Below, in pieces: positions 36,301 to 49,800 of a stretch of DNA of 64,000 nucleotides; within the stretch, counting starts at the first letter, position 1, and the number at the start of each line of letters is the position of its first letter. Source of the DNA: Raillietiella orientalis (Eukaryota). Where the stretch lies: NCBI GenBank assembly GCA_036172245.1, contig JAYWIR010000015.1, positions 1,054,001 through 1,118,000 on the forward strand, read 5' to 3'. The notes under the pieces were generated by a model that saw only the letters and a program-made list of their open reading frames with translations, was not told where the DNA came from and ran no database searches. Both the position numbers and the translations under genes were made by a program.

Positions 36301-38214
36301 TTGGTACTTCTGGTTTTCAGCTAGAAGGAAACTGAACTTCTCAAGGATCTGAGTTCACAAGGTTTTTTGTCAACGAAACCTTGCATTTTCCGCATCGTGT
36401 GGACCACATCTCTGTTGCTCTGCGAGTCCCAAGCAATAGCAGAATGTGCCATAGAAACCACAACACCTTTTTGCTCACGGGAGAAGACCATGCGTTTCCT
36501 GTGAAACATTGCTGCTGCAGCTGCAGATCGACCTTTGGCACCCGACGATGAGAATCGTGGAAGAACGGGAGGGGGGGGAGGAAAGAGCCACGTACCACAT
36601 AGTGCTACCCATCCTACAACACAATGCGACTTGGCACAACTAGTGAATGACACTTCCAGGAATCATGAAACTCTCAAGAAATGGAGACATCACATCCTTA
36701 ATGCCGACTAAGAGCAGCCTGCTAGTAAAAGTACCAAATACAAAAAGTAGAATGGAATTTCTAAATCACCACACAAACTGCTTACATACTGAGAAAATAC
36801 TCGGATCCTGGAGTGCACTTGAGGCCAGAAAACACTCTAGCCGTTAACACTCTAAACTAATCATTCACTGAAAAATCCGCAGTTGGGTGTGGAAGGTCAG
36901 TAGAAACCATTTAGTTTCCAAGGATGCAGCAGACACCTTTTCATGCAGCTGCATACATAGGGAAGGGAATCAAAGAGTGTTCCGCAACACTTCCATTTCC
37001 GACTTCCAAACGACATGAAAGTTTGCTTGATAAACGTCACTTTCCAAGAAGCCCAACCGCGCTGGCAACTGACCAACAAGTTCCATGTCTGGAGATCTTC
37101 ATTTTACATCTTTTGTGCCAAGCCCGGCATGCAGTTAAAAAATCTTCACACACAAAACCAACAGGAGACAAAAAAACAAAACAGACGCTACGACTTCGCA
37201 GTGCCATCATCGCTTACCGCAAGTTTTCTAAAAAAAAAAAACGCATAAAATCACCTTGCACACATCGCAACCTTTTGCATGGATACGCAATGGTGTCTCC
37301 ATGGCAGATATTTTCATGTGCAAATCGCCCCCAAGTATGACGGAACATGTGGATACACGAGTCAGCAGTGACCTCTACTGACCACGTGAGCAGCATGAGC
37401 GAATCTGATAAAAGGGAACCTACGAAAACTTTCCTTCTTTCTGAAGAAATCCGCTTACTGACACAAAAACTTGCAAACATTGCGAAAAAGGAAACAACTT
37501 GGGAAAAGGATTTGAGAAATGGTAGACGATTTTATAATTATCAGGCAGATTTAGAATCAGAATAATCATTTCTAAACTTGAAAAATACGATTTACCATCA
37601 AGTAACACGTTTCCCTATACCAAACACTTGAGATTCTTGAAGATTGTTCCCTGTTGGGGGGGGGGGGACACTAATAAGTCCCGAGTCCAAACCAGTATGG
37701 AAAATTGAATGCAGAAACTAATTCTGTTTCTTTAATAGTACATGACACGCTACCCTTCGCATCCACCACGTCTTGCAACAGTTCTTCGACCATACTTCGT
37801 CGGTGCATTTGGGGCAGATTCGAAAATGGCTGCAGAGTTGTGGGCTAAAAATTTATGAATGTGGATGGATTTTATTATAGAGTTGATACAGAATAAAGGT
37901 AAAAACTTAGGATTGAAAAACTAACAATAGCATTCAAATTCCGCACTAACAAATAGAAATAAAATCTTTGATCACATTAGTGCACACTTATGAATGCACA
38001 CACACAGTTCCCACTGCTTCTGCTACCACAGCACAGTATTATCACACAAAGGTGCATTCTGCTTCTTGATAAATATTAAATCGACTGATATCCAAAATAT
38101 CAATGAGGCTGAACCACAGACATGTAGAGAGATTTTCATCTGTGAGAGACTCAATGGAATCAGGTTTGGAAAGTACAATACTAATTATGAATGAGTAAAC
38201 AGGAAACCCTACTA

Positions 38215-38520
38215 TCACAAAATCTGTATATCACTGACAGGATTTTCAAGCATCTTCTGCTTCATTTTTCTTTTGGCCTCTAATAACATTTTGGATTGAG
38301 AGTGATTCGCTTTAGGAACCTTCACAGCTTTTTTGGAAACATTACACTTGACAGCTTTCTTCACAGGGACATCATTCGTAAAGGCTTTCCATCCATTCTG
38401 CTTCAATTGCTCTAGTTCAGAAAACTGGGCATCGATATCTTTAATCTGGATAAGGACCAAATCCCAAAATCCGATCAAATCTTCTGATGTAATAATCAAG
38501 TTATTTTGAAGATTGGGATT
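38215..38520 (-). CDS. DLGAP-like gene, last coding exon (C-terminal half of the GKAP domain)
   Basis: TTCAAAG acceptor after a 53-nt intron; DLIGFWDLV and NGWK motifs; ends in TGA TAG. Confidence 0.92.
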   Translation of the reverse strand, partial: NPNLQNNLIITSEDLIGFWDLVLIQIKDIDAQFSELEQLKQNGWKAFTNDVPVKKAVKCNVSKKAVKVPKANHSQSKMLLEAKRKMKQKMLENPVSDIQIL

Positions 38521-41500
38521 CTTTGAACACATACGGAAAACATTAATGTATGCTTGTAAACAACTTTACTTACAATTTGCTGCTCGCATAAGGTCTGAAA
38601 CTGCTTAATTTTCTGGTTCATGAGAAGTCTTGCTTTGCCTTGGGCTGATAGCACCGTACCAATAAATGCTTCGGGGATACTGTTCTTTTCTGCCTCAGAT
38701 TCCCATTGAAGCACCAACTCATGCAAGCGACTTCTCTCCTTGTCCAGGACCTAATTAATAACGATTATTTCCTTCCAGTTATTGCATCACTATCAAATCT
38801 TTCAATTGCGAACACTTCAAAATACGCGTATTATTATTTTATTTTATTTTTGAAAAAACAGCCGGACAAGTTCAATCAAGTAAACCCTTTTCGTTTTTTT
38901 TAAACTTTGGCTTTCGTGACAGCATGGAACCTGACTTTTTCTTTCCATATTTGAAATGTGAAAATCTAGAAATTGAGAATTCATCTTCAAAATCACCTAA
39001 AATGTAAACTTTCGAATATTTCACATCAAAAAATGACGGAAGGAATGAACAAATTCATACTTCTTAACCGATTTATTGATTCAAAATTTACATGCAACCA
39101 GGAAAAAGATGCTCGAGATGCTTTGAATAACTCAAAGAGATTTTTTTTGGCTTTCTGAAATTATTCAAGACTTTTTTGAAATAGTCATGGAACGCCCGAA
39201 AACTCTGAAGTCGCATTTTATGAGTTATACAAACACAAGTAAATGTTCGCACCATAAAATATACCGAAATACACTGTTATTAAAGGCATTATTTTTGATA
39301 AACGGGCCAGTAATAAAGCTTGTTAAAAATTCCATTTTTCCTACCATCAACAATTATTGTAACCAGGAGCGTTCACTTTTAAACTCAATGCTAAATATTT
39401 CAACACAAATTTAAAAAAAACATGGTATAGTTTGGAAACGTTTAGCTTGGTTACTTTTTTCCATCGAATTACCAAATTGTGCACACCTGATAATTGAAAT
39501 TAAGCTGTGCACATCAGCAAAGAAACTCTGGTTACGGAAGCTCTAAGCTAAAAATTTTTCCTAACTTCTGGAACCAGGAAAATTTATGGCTGGTAATGCA
39601 AATGACACTGGATACCATGCACAAACTGACAAGAAACATACACACTGAGGTAAGCACTGAACATACTGAAGTTTAATGTTTCAAGTTCTCTTCTCGAATA
39701 CAACTCCAAAATCTCCCCAATGCAACATATCCCAAAACAACAGAAACAAGGTCATGACAACTGCATTCAACTTGCAAACAACTTGCCATTCAGGATACAA
39801 AGAATACAATATTTCCCTGATGCAAAAACTACACATATTAAGAACAGCTATTAACAAGACACTAAAAAAACTTCAAATTAAAAAAAACATTGAAAGTAAA
39901 CTTCAAATTTGCTGTTCACTCAGTATGAGATGCAAACAGTCCTATGAAAAGAAAATTATGCCATGTTTTAAAATTAAATTCTCGGTATTGTTTTTTTTTC
40001 TTTAATTGGATTTAAGAAGCAAGCAGATTCAATAAGGCCACAAGTATTTCACTGATCAAAAATTCATGCACCATACCACAAGCTAATGGATGATTTCATA
40101 CTTGAACTGATTTGGGGAACACATTCATCTGCATCCTACAGTTAAAACCTCACTTGACTGGACAAAATATCTTCTGCAGTATAGTACAAAAACACATAAA
40201 AAACTATGCATGCATAAAAGAGTCTGTGGATAATACAGAAAATGGATGCATATGAACAGAACAACTCTCTTGTCCCACACAGATGATCAAAGCAGCAAAC
40301 CTGTGATTCAAAGTCATAGCAGATAGATTAATGATATTGCATAGATTGTCTTCCGGAAACAAGGACAAGTTAATTTCATAAGATACATCTGATCAGTCAA
40401 AAAGCAATTTGCATTATGGAAACCTAATTCATTTTGCAACAGATTACAAGCTGGAGGAAGAAGCACCAATTAAATAGTTTAGAAAGTTTTAAAATTAAAG
40501 GGTGCTCTTGAACAGCCTTTCTTAAAAAGCAACAAAATCAGTAATGCTGCAGGGCAATATCAACTGATTAGTTTACACATTATCATGTAAAATTAATAGA
40601 ATTTTATCCCTGGAACACCACTGGCTAACCAATAAATCCAAAAAACTGTGCAATAGGAAATGGTTATGAATTTAAAAACAAACAAACAAATGAATCATAA
40701 AGTCATCAGAATTTTACAAGATGCTCAAAAATATAATCTGAGTTTACGATGGCGGAGAAAGGAATGGTTCCTGAAATTTCGGATAGCTTTGCACATTCTA
40801 GGCTGAAACCTCAAAACCAACAAGAAATACACATTAAATTTTCTGTTCTAAAAATGTGAGGCAGTAAAATTCAATGGTCATCCTTGTGGAAAAATTAAGC
40901 ATGAGCTCTCTTCTTTCTTACTTTGTTTAATTCAACTACAGTACTGTGAGAAATCTTATTGCAATTCACAATTCAAATTTACATTTAAGGATATACAGGT
41001 GTAACTTTTTTAAGGAAACGGACAAATTCTGATAATACTTTTACTCATATTATCATCACAACACACAGTTACTTATCAAACATATAATGAAACAAATGTG
41101 GATATGGCAAGAATCAAAATGAAACTCATCAAAATTTGAACTTTAACATAAGAACCTTACATAATATGTAACGCCATTGTTGTACATAAAGACTTCAATA
41201 TCATTTTCTAAATTCTCTAAAATAAAAAAACGAAGAAGTTTCTATCTATTTAAATATGAAACCACTGCAATTTGAAATCTAATAACAGATATTCATGGCA
41301 AACTTTTGCATTTAGGCAAAATTTCAAGAGAATTAAAACGAAGTTTTGGTCTAATGCTTTTCACTCTTTGCAACGTTATAATCAAAATGGATAGGAGTTC
41401 TGCATAAGATGCCTATCACAAAACTACAGTATGTATACTTTTAAAAACATTACTGGGATACAAACAATCAGAAATACGTGAAGCAGGACCTAAATATTCT

Positions 41501-43803
41501 TTTCTCAATTTTGCAATAGTACGTATAAAATACATAGCACTGAGTACAACTTTGTCAGTTTTTGAAGCCTTACGGTGTTATAATCATCATTTTATGATAT
41601 ATAAATGACTTTTTCATTTCCAAATACTCTGTGTTATTTGGATAACTGGGTGATGAATAACGGCAAAGAACCTTGACTTAACAATCATTTACCTTCAAAA
41701 AATAATGTCCATCTCTGCAAACACTATCATTAAGGCTGGTTTTGTCCACTGCCACACAAGATGGAGAAAGGAAAGATTTGGTGGATATTTTTGAATTTCT
41801 TATAGGAACTTCCTGCTCAGGAACATTAGACTTACAAATGGAATCACCACAGAAAAATGAAGCAACAGTCTCAGTTTGCTTCACAGACAACGGTGAACTA
41901 GAACATCCAACCAGGGTGTCACATGGCATATAAGAGTTTTCTGTGGGTACTCTATTGGCTTCTTGGGAGCAGTAAGTTACATTTGCTAGATTGTCTGCAC
42001 AACCCAACATTGTGTTAGCACTGAGAACTACCTGACAAACATTTTGAAGGGAAACATCTGAATTGTTTAGAGTTGTGCTTGGGGTAGAAGTAGAGGAAAC
42101 ATGAGATTGAGAAGCATTGAACTGCTGAGATGAAGATTCAGTTGAAGTTGTCTGGACAGAATGATGAAGACACCAGTCTTCATTTTTGAAATCATCTTTA
42201 ACAGTTGTTTTGGGGAGGGCATCCTGACATGCAGTTGCTAGCTGACTAGGAGAGATGGAAACTTCCGGTTTTATATCTCTGGTCAATGGCTCCAGATGAC
42301 TGCTGATGCAAATGTGGTCAACTTGAGATGCAGCACTTGATGGGGAAAACAGAGATGCATCTGGCTCACTTAATTCATGTGAAGAAACAGAGAAATTGGA
42401 GGCAAATGCAGATGTATCCGAGGGAACTGAAGAATAACAAATCTGTTTGGAATTTTGATTTTTTACAGTTGCATGTATATTGGTTAGCTGATGGTTCTCA
42501 TGATTTGCTTGATTAGGAATGCATGCCTCAAAAGGAACTGGTTCATGATGCATACAGACTGCTTCTTGTGCTTTTAAGAACTTAGAATTGGTACACTCCA
42601 CTAATTCTCCATTGCAATTATCTGATGGTACTGTTTCGACATTAGGTGATTGCTTGCTGGGAACATTTGCATGATGTGAAAAACATGATAAATCTTTCCT
42701 ATTTTCCAATGCAACACCATTATATACAGCTCTACCATCTAGAACATCAGACACATGTCTCAATGTGTGGGCTACAAACATGTCATTTTTCTCTTTCTCA
42801 ACAGTTGCAATACCATCAGCTATTGCAGAAGCACACACTTTTTGGGCAGCACTGTCTCTTCTAGCCTCCTGATGTCTACGGGTAACATAAGTACTCTGGG
42901 AATCCGATTCAACGTTACTATCAACATGACTTTTTGATAAAAAAAATTTAGGTCCAGACTTTGAAGTAGCACACATTGAATTCGGGGCACTGCTCAAATG
43001 ATGATTCAAAACTAAACGTGATGGCAATTTATATCCTGTTACAGATGCACCTGGACCATACAGCTTTTCTATTCTTTGTTGGATGAATGATTTGCCAGCC
43101 CTTAGACAGTTCTCATATCCTTGTTCAGTATCTACTACTTTTTTCACATCAGCTGATGGCACAGGATCCACAGAAATTTCTGTTCGAAAGTATTGCTGCT
43201 TCCCTCTGTCTACACTAATGCTGCGAATTTGACCTGAACGTGTACTACCTCTGCCACGTTCAACATCACAAGCAACAGATTGAGAAACAGAAACAAGGTT
43301 GGAAGGACACTTTTTATACAAGTTTGTTTCCAAATATCCATTTATGGAACGTGAAATGTTGACATATGTTGGTGTTGGGGATGTATCAGATGTTTTCCAT
43401 CCATTCTGGATTTTTTTCGAAAATGCATTGCTAACAGACTTGCAAGCAAAGGATAGATTTTCCTTGGCATCTGTCTTTGTGGATACATGAACATGATCTG
43501 AAATTCAAAATCGAACACATCATTAAAGCAACGTAGGCAAAACACTCAAATGAAATAAATTCACTCAACATCTTCGATTTGACACATAAAAAAAAACTTA
43601 CTTTTTGAAGAAATATTTTTTTTTTTATTATTTTGCAATTCAAGATTGTTCTTGAAATCACAGGTTATCAATTTACATTGGTAATAAGATGGATAATGGT
43701 AAGAGCTGATCATAATGTATCCATCCGAATCTAAATCCTGAGATCTGTGCATATGGTATTCTTCCGTATTTTTATCCCTAAAAGAAATTGTACAATCATC
43801 CAT
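38215..43803 (-). CDS. Disks large-associated protein family (GKAP/SAPAP domain; DLGAP/vulcan-like), 4 coding exons, ~804 aa
   Basis: Exons 43803-43677, 43497-41693, 38750-38574 and 38520-38215 have GT..AG boundaries and consistent phases (1,0,0), totalling 2415 nt. The spliced C-terminus RDGHYFLK|VLDKERSRL...IGTVLSAQGKARLLMNQKIKQFQTLCEQ..|..TSEDLIGFWDLVLIQIKDIDAQFSELEQLKQNGWK is a typical GKAP domain. Confidence 0.9.
38574..38750 (-). CDS. DLGAP-like gene, exon 3 (GKAP domain)
   Basis: ATTAG acceptor, GTAAGT donor, 59 codons; contains SAQGKARLLMNQKIKQF. Confidence 0.92.
41693..43497 (-). CDS. DLGAP-like gene, large exon 2 (Ser-rich, probably disordered; ends at the GKAP domain start)
   Basis: TTTCAG acceptor, AAG|GTAAAT donor, 601 open codons in AT-rich DNA, ending RDGHYFLK. 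Confidence 0.9.
43677..43803 (-). CDS. DLGAP-like gene, probable first coding exon
   Basis: ATG at 43803 directly after CATAG; the T|GTAAAT donor phase matches exon 2. No homology support. Confidence 0.6.
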
Positions 43804-46800
43804 CTATGCAGAATTCCAAAAATTTCAAGAAATACAAATCACAAATAACAGTGATTCAGGGAGATGTTGTCAACTGTGTGACAAAATTTTTAACTGCAAA
43901 TTTTCAATGACACTTTCAATGACAAATAATGGCCTAAAGAAACTAAACTAGTCTACACAATAAATATTTGCTTACTTTAAAACCATGACTTCAGGACCAT
44001 GGAAACAAGTAAAAAATAAAAATGAATTTGAACTTCGTTTTCACAGGAATAAAAGAATCTGATACCACTGTTCACACAGAACTTATAACCTAGGAGCTCT
44101 TTTGTGCTCATAACTTTACTTATCCTCATTTCTCGACGGGACGGACGTATTTCAAATCATGTCAGCGGAAGTTGCCAGTATAAACATTCAGGTAGAAAAG
44201 TATAGTGATCTCAGTATGCTTTCGTATGATGTTAGTAACTTCTGCTATTTAGAAAATAAGAACATAATTACATAAAACGATGTAAATCGCATACGAATCT
44301 GAACTCTTAAAATATTCATAATAAATCTTGAAATAATGTTCATTAAAGCTTAATTTTAAAAGAAAGTCCACGACGTTTTCTATAAGCATTACGAACTAAA
44401 ACACAGATTGATTTACAAAAAGAATACACCATTACCGCATTTCGCTAACTTTGACAAGTATTGAAATTTGGATTCATAGTAATCTGGTTTTCTATACACT
44501 GAGAGTAGAAAATTTCAAGCTACATAAAAAAGAGCACAATGAGGAATGAAATCATCTTTTGGATAAGGAGTCTGAAAGACGTAGTGTGAAAATATACAAA
44601 GGATTATTGTCCTTTGTATCGAACTAAGTACCACGCATTATAAATAAATTACTATTTCAACATAAAGTGATTTAGAAAATGCAATTTAATATTTCTTAAT
44701 CATAATAGTGTTATCGCAAGTTTCGAGGTAAAGTTGTTCTGAAGCTTAAATAACAACGGAACTTAGCATGATAAATGGCAATTTACAATAGGCATCGGTG
44801 TTTCTGATGTTTTGTCCTCTCCGAATACCAAAAGATACACAGCAAGCAAGCAAACGAAGAAACTGGAATTCTGTGATTCATCAGTCTTTTTTCCCATATG
44901 GATCACGGAAGAAGGATGATCATTCTTATCATCAAACTGATGCTTGAGATGCAGTGATTATTAATTAAGATCTACAACATAAATCTTCTACCAAAACTGA
45001 TAATTTCGGCATGATTTCATGCTGATTTCTAGGTAGCAGGAATCTGTAAGCAACTCTAAAGAGACAGTGATTAGGTTTTATTGCTTAAGGCGACTTCATG
45101 TGAGCACATTTAGTGTGTAAGTGTAGTAGAATTTAACACGATCCTTTCCGTTCGGGTGAGCGATTAAACCGGAAGACAAAACATTCACCTTAGAAAAAAA
45201 GACTTTTCCATGAAAGCATAAGAACTTCCTATACTCCCTAGTGAAAAATTGTGTTATCAAATACCTAACTTATTTTGACAGTAAATAAATGATCCGATTT
45301 ATAAAATGGAAATTCGCTCCCCTTAAAATTTGGTGAAGCAGTATTGCAAGTTCATTCTGAATTTCGCTTTTATCTAGGGAATACAAAGAGACGATCGTAG
45401 AAGAGAATTTCCCAAGTAACTTTCCCTGAACAGAATGTTATAGGCCAATGACCATCGGAAATTCGATGCTCTAGAACGATGCACTAAATGAATCCAAGTA
45501 CTTTGGAAACAAATACTTTGATCTATGATTTCAGAGTCTTCCATCTGGAATGGCCAGAATTTGGTATATCGTAATACCTTGAAAATTTTACAGAACTGAA
45601 TAAGTGATTATTAAGGCTGAAGAATTTTCCGAACTCAATGCAAAAAAAGTTCTAAATTATTTATGCAAAATATTAGCTTATTAATACAAGCCTAATAATC
45701 AATGCAGGAGGGCTGAGCTTTAGTGAGATTTGCAAAGCACTTTTTGAAAACGCAATTAATATGCAGATAGTGCTAGAATCAGCAAATGATTTCATAGAGA
45801 TCTCTATCCCGGAGTGCTAAAGATATCTTCGACATTGCATCCTTTAATTCTCAAAATTGCTTTTTGCTTTAATTCTTGGAGATTCAACTTTACCATCACT
45901 CAAAACAATATGGATTTTAAATTTTGAAGCGCGGATTGTGAATTTAGTGGATTAGGTTAAGTGGGTTAGGTCAGTTTAGAATCTTCGTTCGAATCTTCTC
46001 TCTTGTATTCTCACAGAGAATTTGACTCACATAAATACGGATTTCATTCAGAGTGTCAGTCTTCGTTCCATTTTATTAAAAAGCAATGTACACCGTTTCA
46101 TCGCATGAATATGTGAGCGCTTCACTTTGCATTAGTTTTTCTTCTGATTGCATACGGAGATACAATTAGGAAGTGTTCCCACTTTATTGATATTTAATTC
46201 ATTTTGGATGAAATTTCCTTTTCTTGAAATTTACTCAATACCATTCAATGAAACAGAATACATACCTAGAACTATTTAATTGAAATGGAAATATTGGAAA
46301 TATTTGAGTTGCCGAATTCTTTTGGCGTAGAACGTTACGGTTTCATCCGAGTGTGATCGAAAATGCATCAAACGGTTTTGATATGTTCTTCAAATCGTTT
46401 CACTTGGTTTGAACGATCGCAGATTTCGCCTCAGTGTAGCAGTCGCTAAAATTTAGGGTATTTAAGAAAATCCATCCAGAAAACAAAAACGCAATATGAA
46501 AATAACAGCCAAATAGTATCGTGAGGAATAATGGTGGACAGTGCATTTGGTACGCCTGAGGAAGGTGTACACAAATGGATGGTGGACAGTGCAATTCGGT
46601 TATAAAAAAAAAAAGAAAAAAATGAAAAGACGTTCGCAAATCACTGTAATGAAAAACGAGCCTACTGATTCCTTTAGCAATTCTCCTTTCGTGCATAATC
46701 TTTAAGAGTTACGTTCTTCACAGCGAAATTACGTGCCCTTGATTTATTCAGAGACGCAAAGTTCACGCTCTTGGGTAATCCAAAACTTACCTCCAGGTAT

Positions 46801-49800
46801 CATGTGCCACGCTTAGTTCTTAAGTTTGCACTTCAAACACGAAATCTGATCTTGGTTTTTAGGTGCTATTCACATATCCGTCTCCTTCGGAAAGTACTGC
46901 ATCAAGTGTCAAATGGGGTATATGATTGCTATACCGTAATTGCCAACTCGAAATCTCATCGCAGTATCACATGGTATCCATCACCTGACTTTCTTTACTT
47001 TTTTCCTTCTTTTTGGGGGAAAGAAAAAAGATTACCAAGGGAAAAAAAAAAAAAAAAAGCATCGAGCACTTCGTTTTCCTTTGGCACAAACTCGTGAAAC
47101 AACAGCAGACAGAATCCTCAACATGGATCACTAAGCACCGTGTGGAATCACAAGAGTAGTAACCGACGCACCTCTATTTTAGAGTTTAGGACACTGGAAC
47201 CGGGATCCACGCACGAGCAAATCTCCAGTCACACTATCTACTTAATTAGGAATCATTAACTAGTTCGTTGTGCGTGTTCATAGAAGCACACTGTGGGCGC
47301 CTTTCTCACAGCTTCCTCGTTTTGGCCAGAAGAGGAGCGTGAATTTTATTTCTTCCCTTAGGTCGCTAAATTACGATTTCGTTATGGTTCTTCCTGTGTG
47401 GCAAATCCGTTCCATGCTAGTAAAAAAGCTGAAAGAAGGGAAATGTGTCCATCAAAGACTATCTTAATGGAATCAATTTTTTTTTTGTTCCCCCTTTTGC
47501 AAGCGATTTTGAACCTAGGGGATCGTGAGTCGCAACCTATGAGTACGTCAAACTTGGAGCCTCTTGGCATCTAGTCCTTAGTACGCTCGCTACCACTGAT
47601 TTCGATACATGTGTTGAGTCTTGCAAGCTTCTCTTAAGCTGTAGAAAATTGTGAAGCAGTCTATGTCGATTAGCATTTGGTGGCACGTTGTGGAAATGCA
47701 GGCGTTCCCGGGCAACGCAGTCGGCAGTTCTCATGAAAAGTCTTCAGCGAAACGATGAGGTATAGAAAAAGGTAAGTCTTCTTATGCAATAGGAATTTCC
47801 TTCCCAAGAATTCTGGTGTCTTCTATAAAGCCAGGTTTCAATCCTGCGAAAATTCAAATCAGCGTTAGCTAAATTGCAGCAGGAAGTCTTGAACACCTGC
47901 TACAAATCCCCACGCATCCATCTCCTAATTTTTTCCGCTGTTGACGTCATCAGGTTCTCGGAGGAATGCCACTGGATCGCTCCTACCACTCTCCTCTCAC
48001 TTTGTGAAGCTGTCTTCCGTTTCCGAGATTGAAAAATGTGAAAGATCGCCACTATGACACGCATGACCAAGGTGCGACTGTGGTCAGTAGACTAGCGAGT
48101 GGCTTCCCATGGTGGCAAAAGTGCATTGGGGTAGTAAAAGCTTTCAGGAGGGAGCACTGCAAGTAAAATCGTGCTGCTGAAGCGCTTGTGTGTACGTATG
48201 TGTGTACATCGTAAACTGGAAAATTCCCGAAAAAACACTCGAGAGGAAGATGAGCGAGTATCGAAGAGACAGACGATTGCATGGAACTACGAAAGATTAC
48301 ATGGAAACACAATCCTTTCCCGAGTTCGTGGAAAGGATGGCATTTCCACGTAATCTTTGCAGAACGAATGGACTCCCTGAGACACAAACACCTATGCGAA
48401 TGTGCTGCACACTAGCATCTGTCCGCTCGAATTCTCTGTCTTCCGAAACACCTGCTGACGTAATACTGGATTCGGATTTTGGTCAATGTCTCCAACATGC
48501 GATCAAATTCTGAAGGATTCGGAGGGATTGGTGGCAAACTGGGAAATTCCGAAACTCTTGTTTCGGTTAACAGGGAAATCCTTGCGTCTCTTGTAGCTCT
48601 TGAGGGAATTACATATGGAATGAAAGCTCTGCTGTTGCCTTCTTACGTTCTCCTTTTGAATTTGTTTTCGTCATCATTCATTTTTATGCTAATTTCTGCA
48701 TCGATTTACATTAAGTTTGCAGCTCCCTCGGAGGCGACAAGAACGAGAGAACCTGCATGATGCTTTCGTGTTTCTTTAAACTTGCTAAATTGGAAGAGGA
48801 AAAGAAAGAAGGGGACATCTTCAAGAGAACCAGTGCCTGAAGAAGAGTATCTGGGTATGGAGCGAAGTACAGAGTTTTAGTAAAATCGCACACAGCAGCT
48901 CGGAAGCCTGAAGAAAATAAAACAGCATGCACAGAACAAGGTTATCTCTCGGCTGGTTCATTCGGCTCTGCAGAGCTCCCCTGTTTGAGAGCGCAGATGC
49001 CAGGAACATCTTTACTTTGCTGAGCTCGTATCCCGAATTCTCTCCCACTCGTTTCCATTTTCATTCTGAGACACGAAAATCGATTCCGATCCATTCCGCA
49101 TGTAATTTGTCTACGGCAAAGAAGATTCATGATGCTTGAGGGAAAAGGCGAGTAAGTACGCCTGCGCTGTGAAACGATGTGGCGATGACATCCGCATGCT
49201 CAGACTTGAAGGATGAACATCCATACATCAACGGTCTTCTTTACGAAAATTCCATGAGGATGCAACAACTCACAGGAGAGAACACAAAATATCTTCTTCC
49301 AAACAGAAAAAATTAGATGTAATAAGAAAACGCAGCGACGCATCCAGCAGTTCAACTGGAAAACCATGCACCCAGTCTCATCGCTTAGAAACGTAGGCAG
49401 AAAATCTAAGAATGATGAATACATGATTTGGTGCAGTTACTAAGAGTATTTGTATTTTTTTCTGGTTCGCAGTTCCTCTTAGCCCTGTGGATCAACAACA
49501 TCCAATAGATTCATTTCCCAATCTTCCATGATTAAATCAACTCAAAAGATCCACTCAGAGTGGGCCTGTTCTTGTGTGCGGTCCTGGATGATATCCTCTG
49601 CACTAAAAACGGCACTATTTCGAATCAAAATCATCTTGGGGGGGGGGGGGGGGGGTTGGTACTATATTGAAGAACTATGAGTATTTGGATTTCAGACTTT
49701 CCGCTTGAGGATTGCGGCATCTTTTTCTTCTTTTTTTTTCCCCCCCAAGAAAATTCTCATTTGTGCATTGGAATTATAGAGACCCTGCACCTACTAGATG

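Noticed and set aside
46531..46593. 15-bp direct repeat ATGGTGGACAGTGCA with a 33-nt spacer (CRISPR-like spacing)
   Set aside because: Only two short units, eukaryotic context, no cas genes; an ordinary small duplication.
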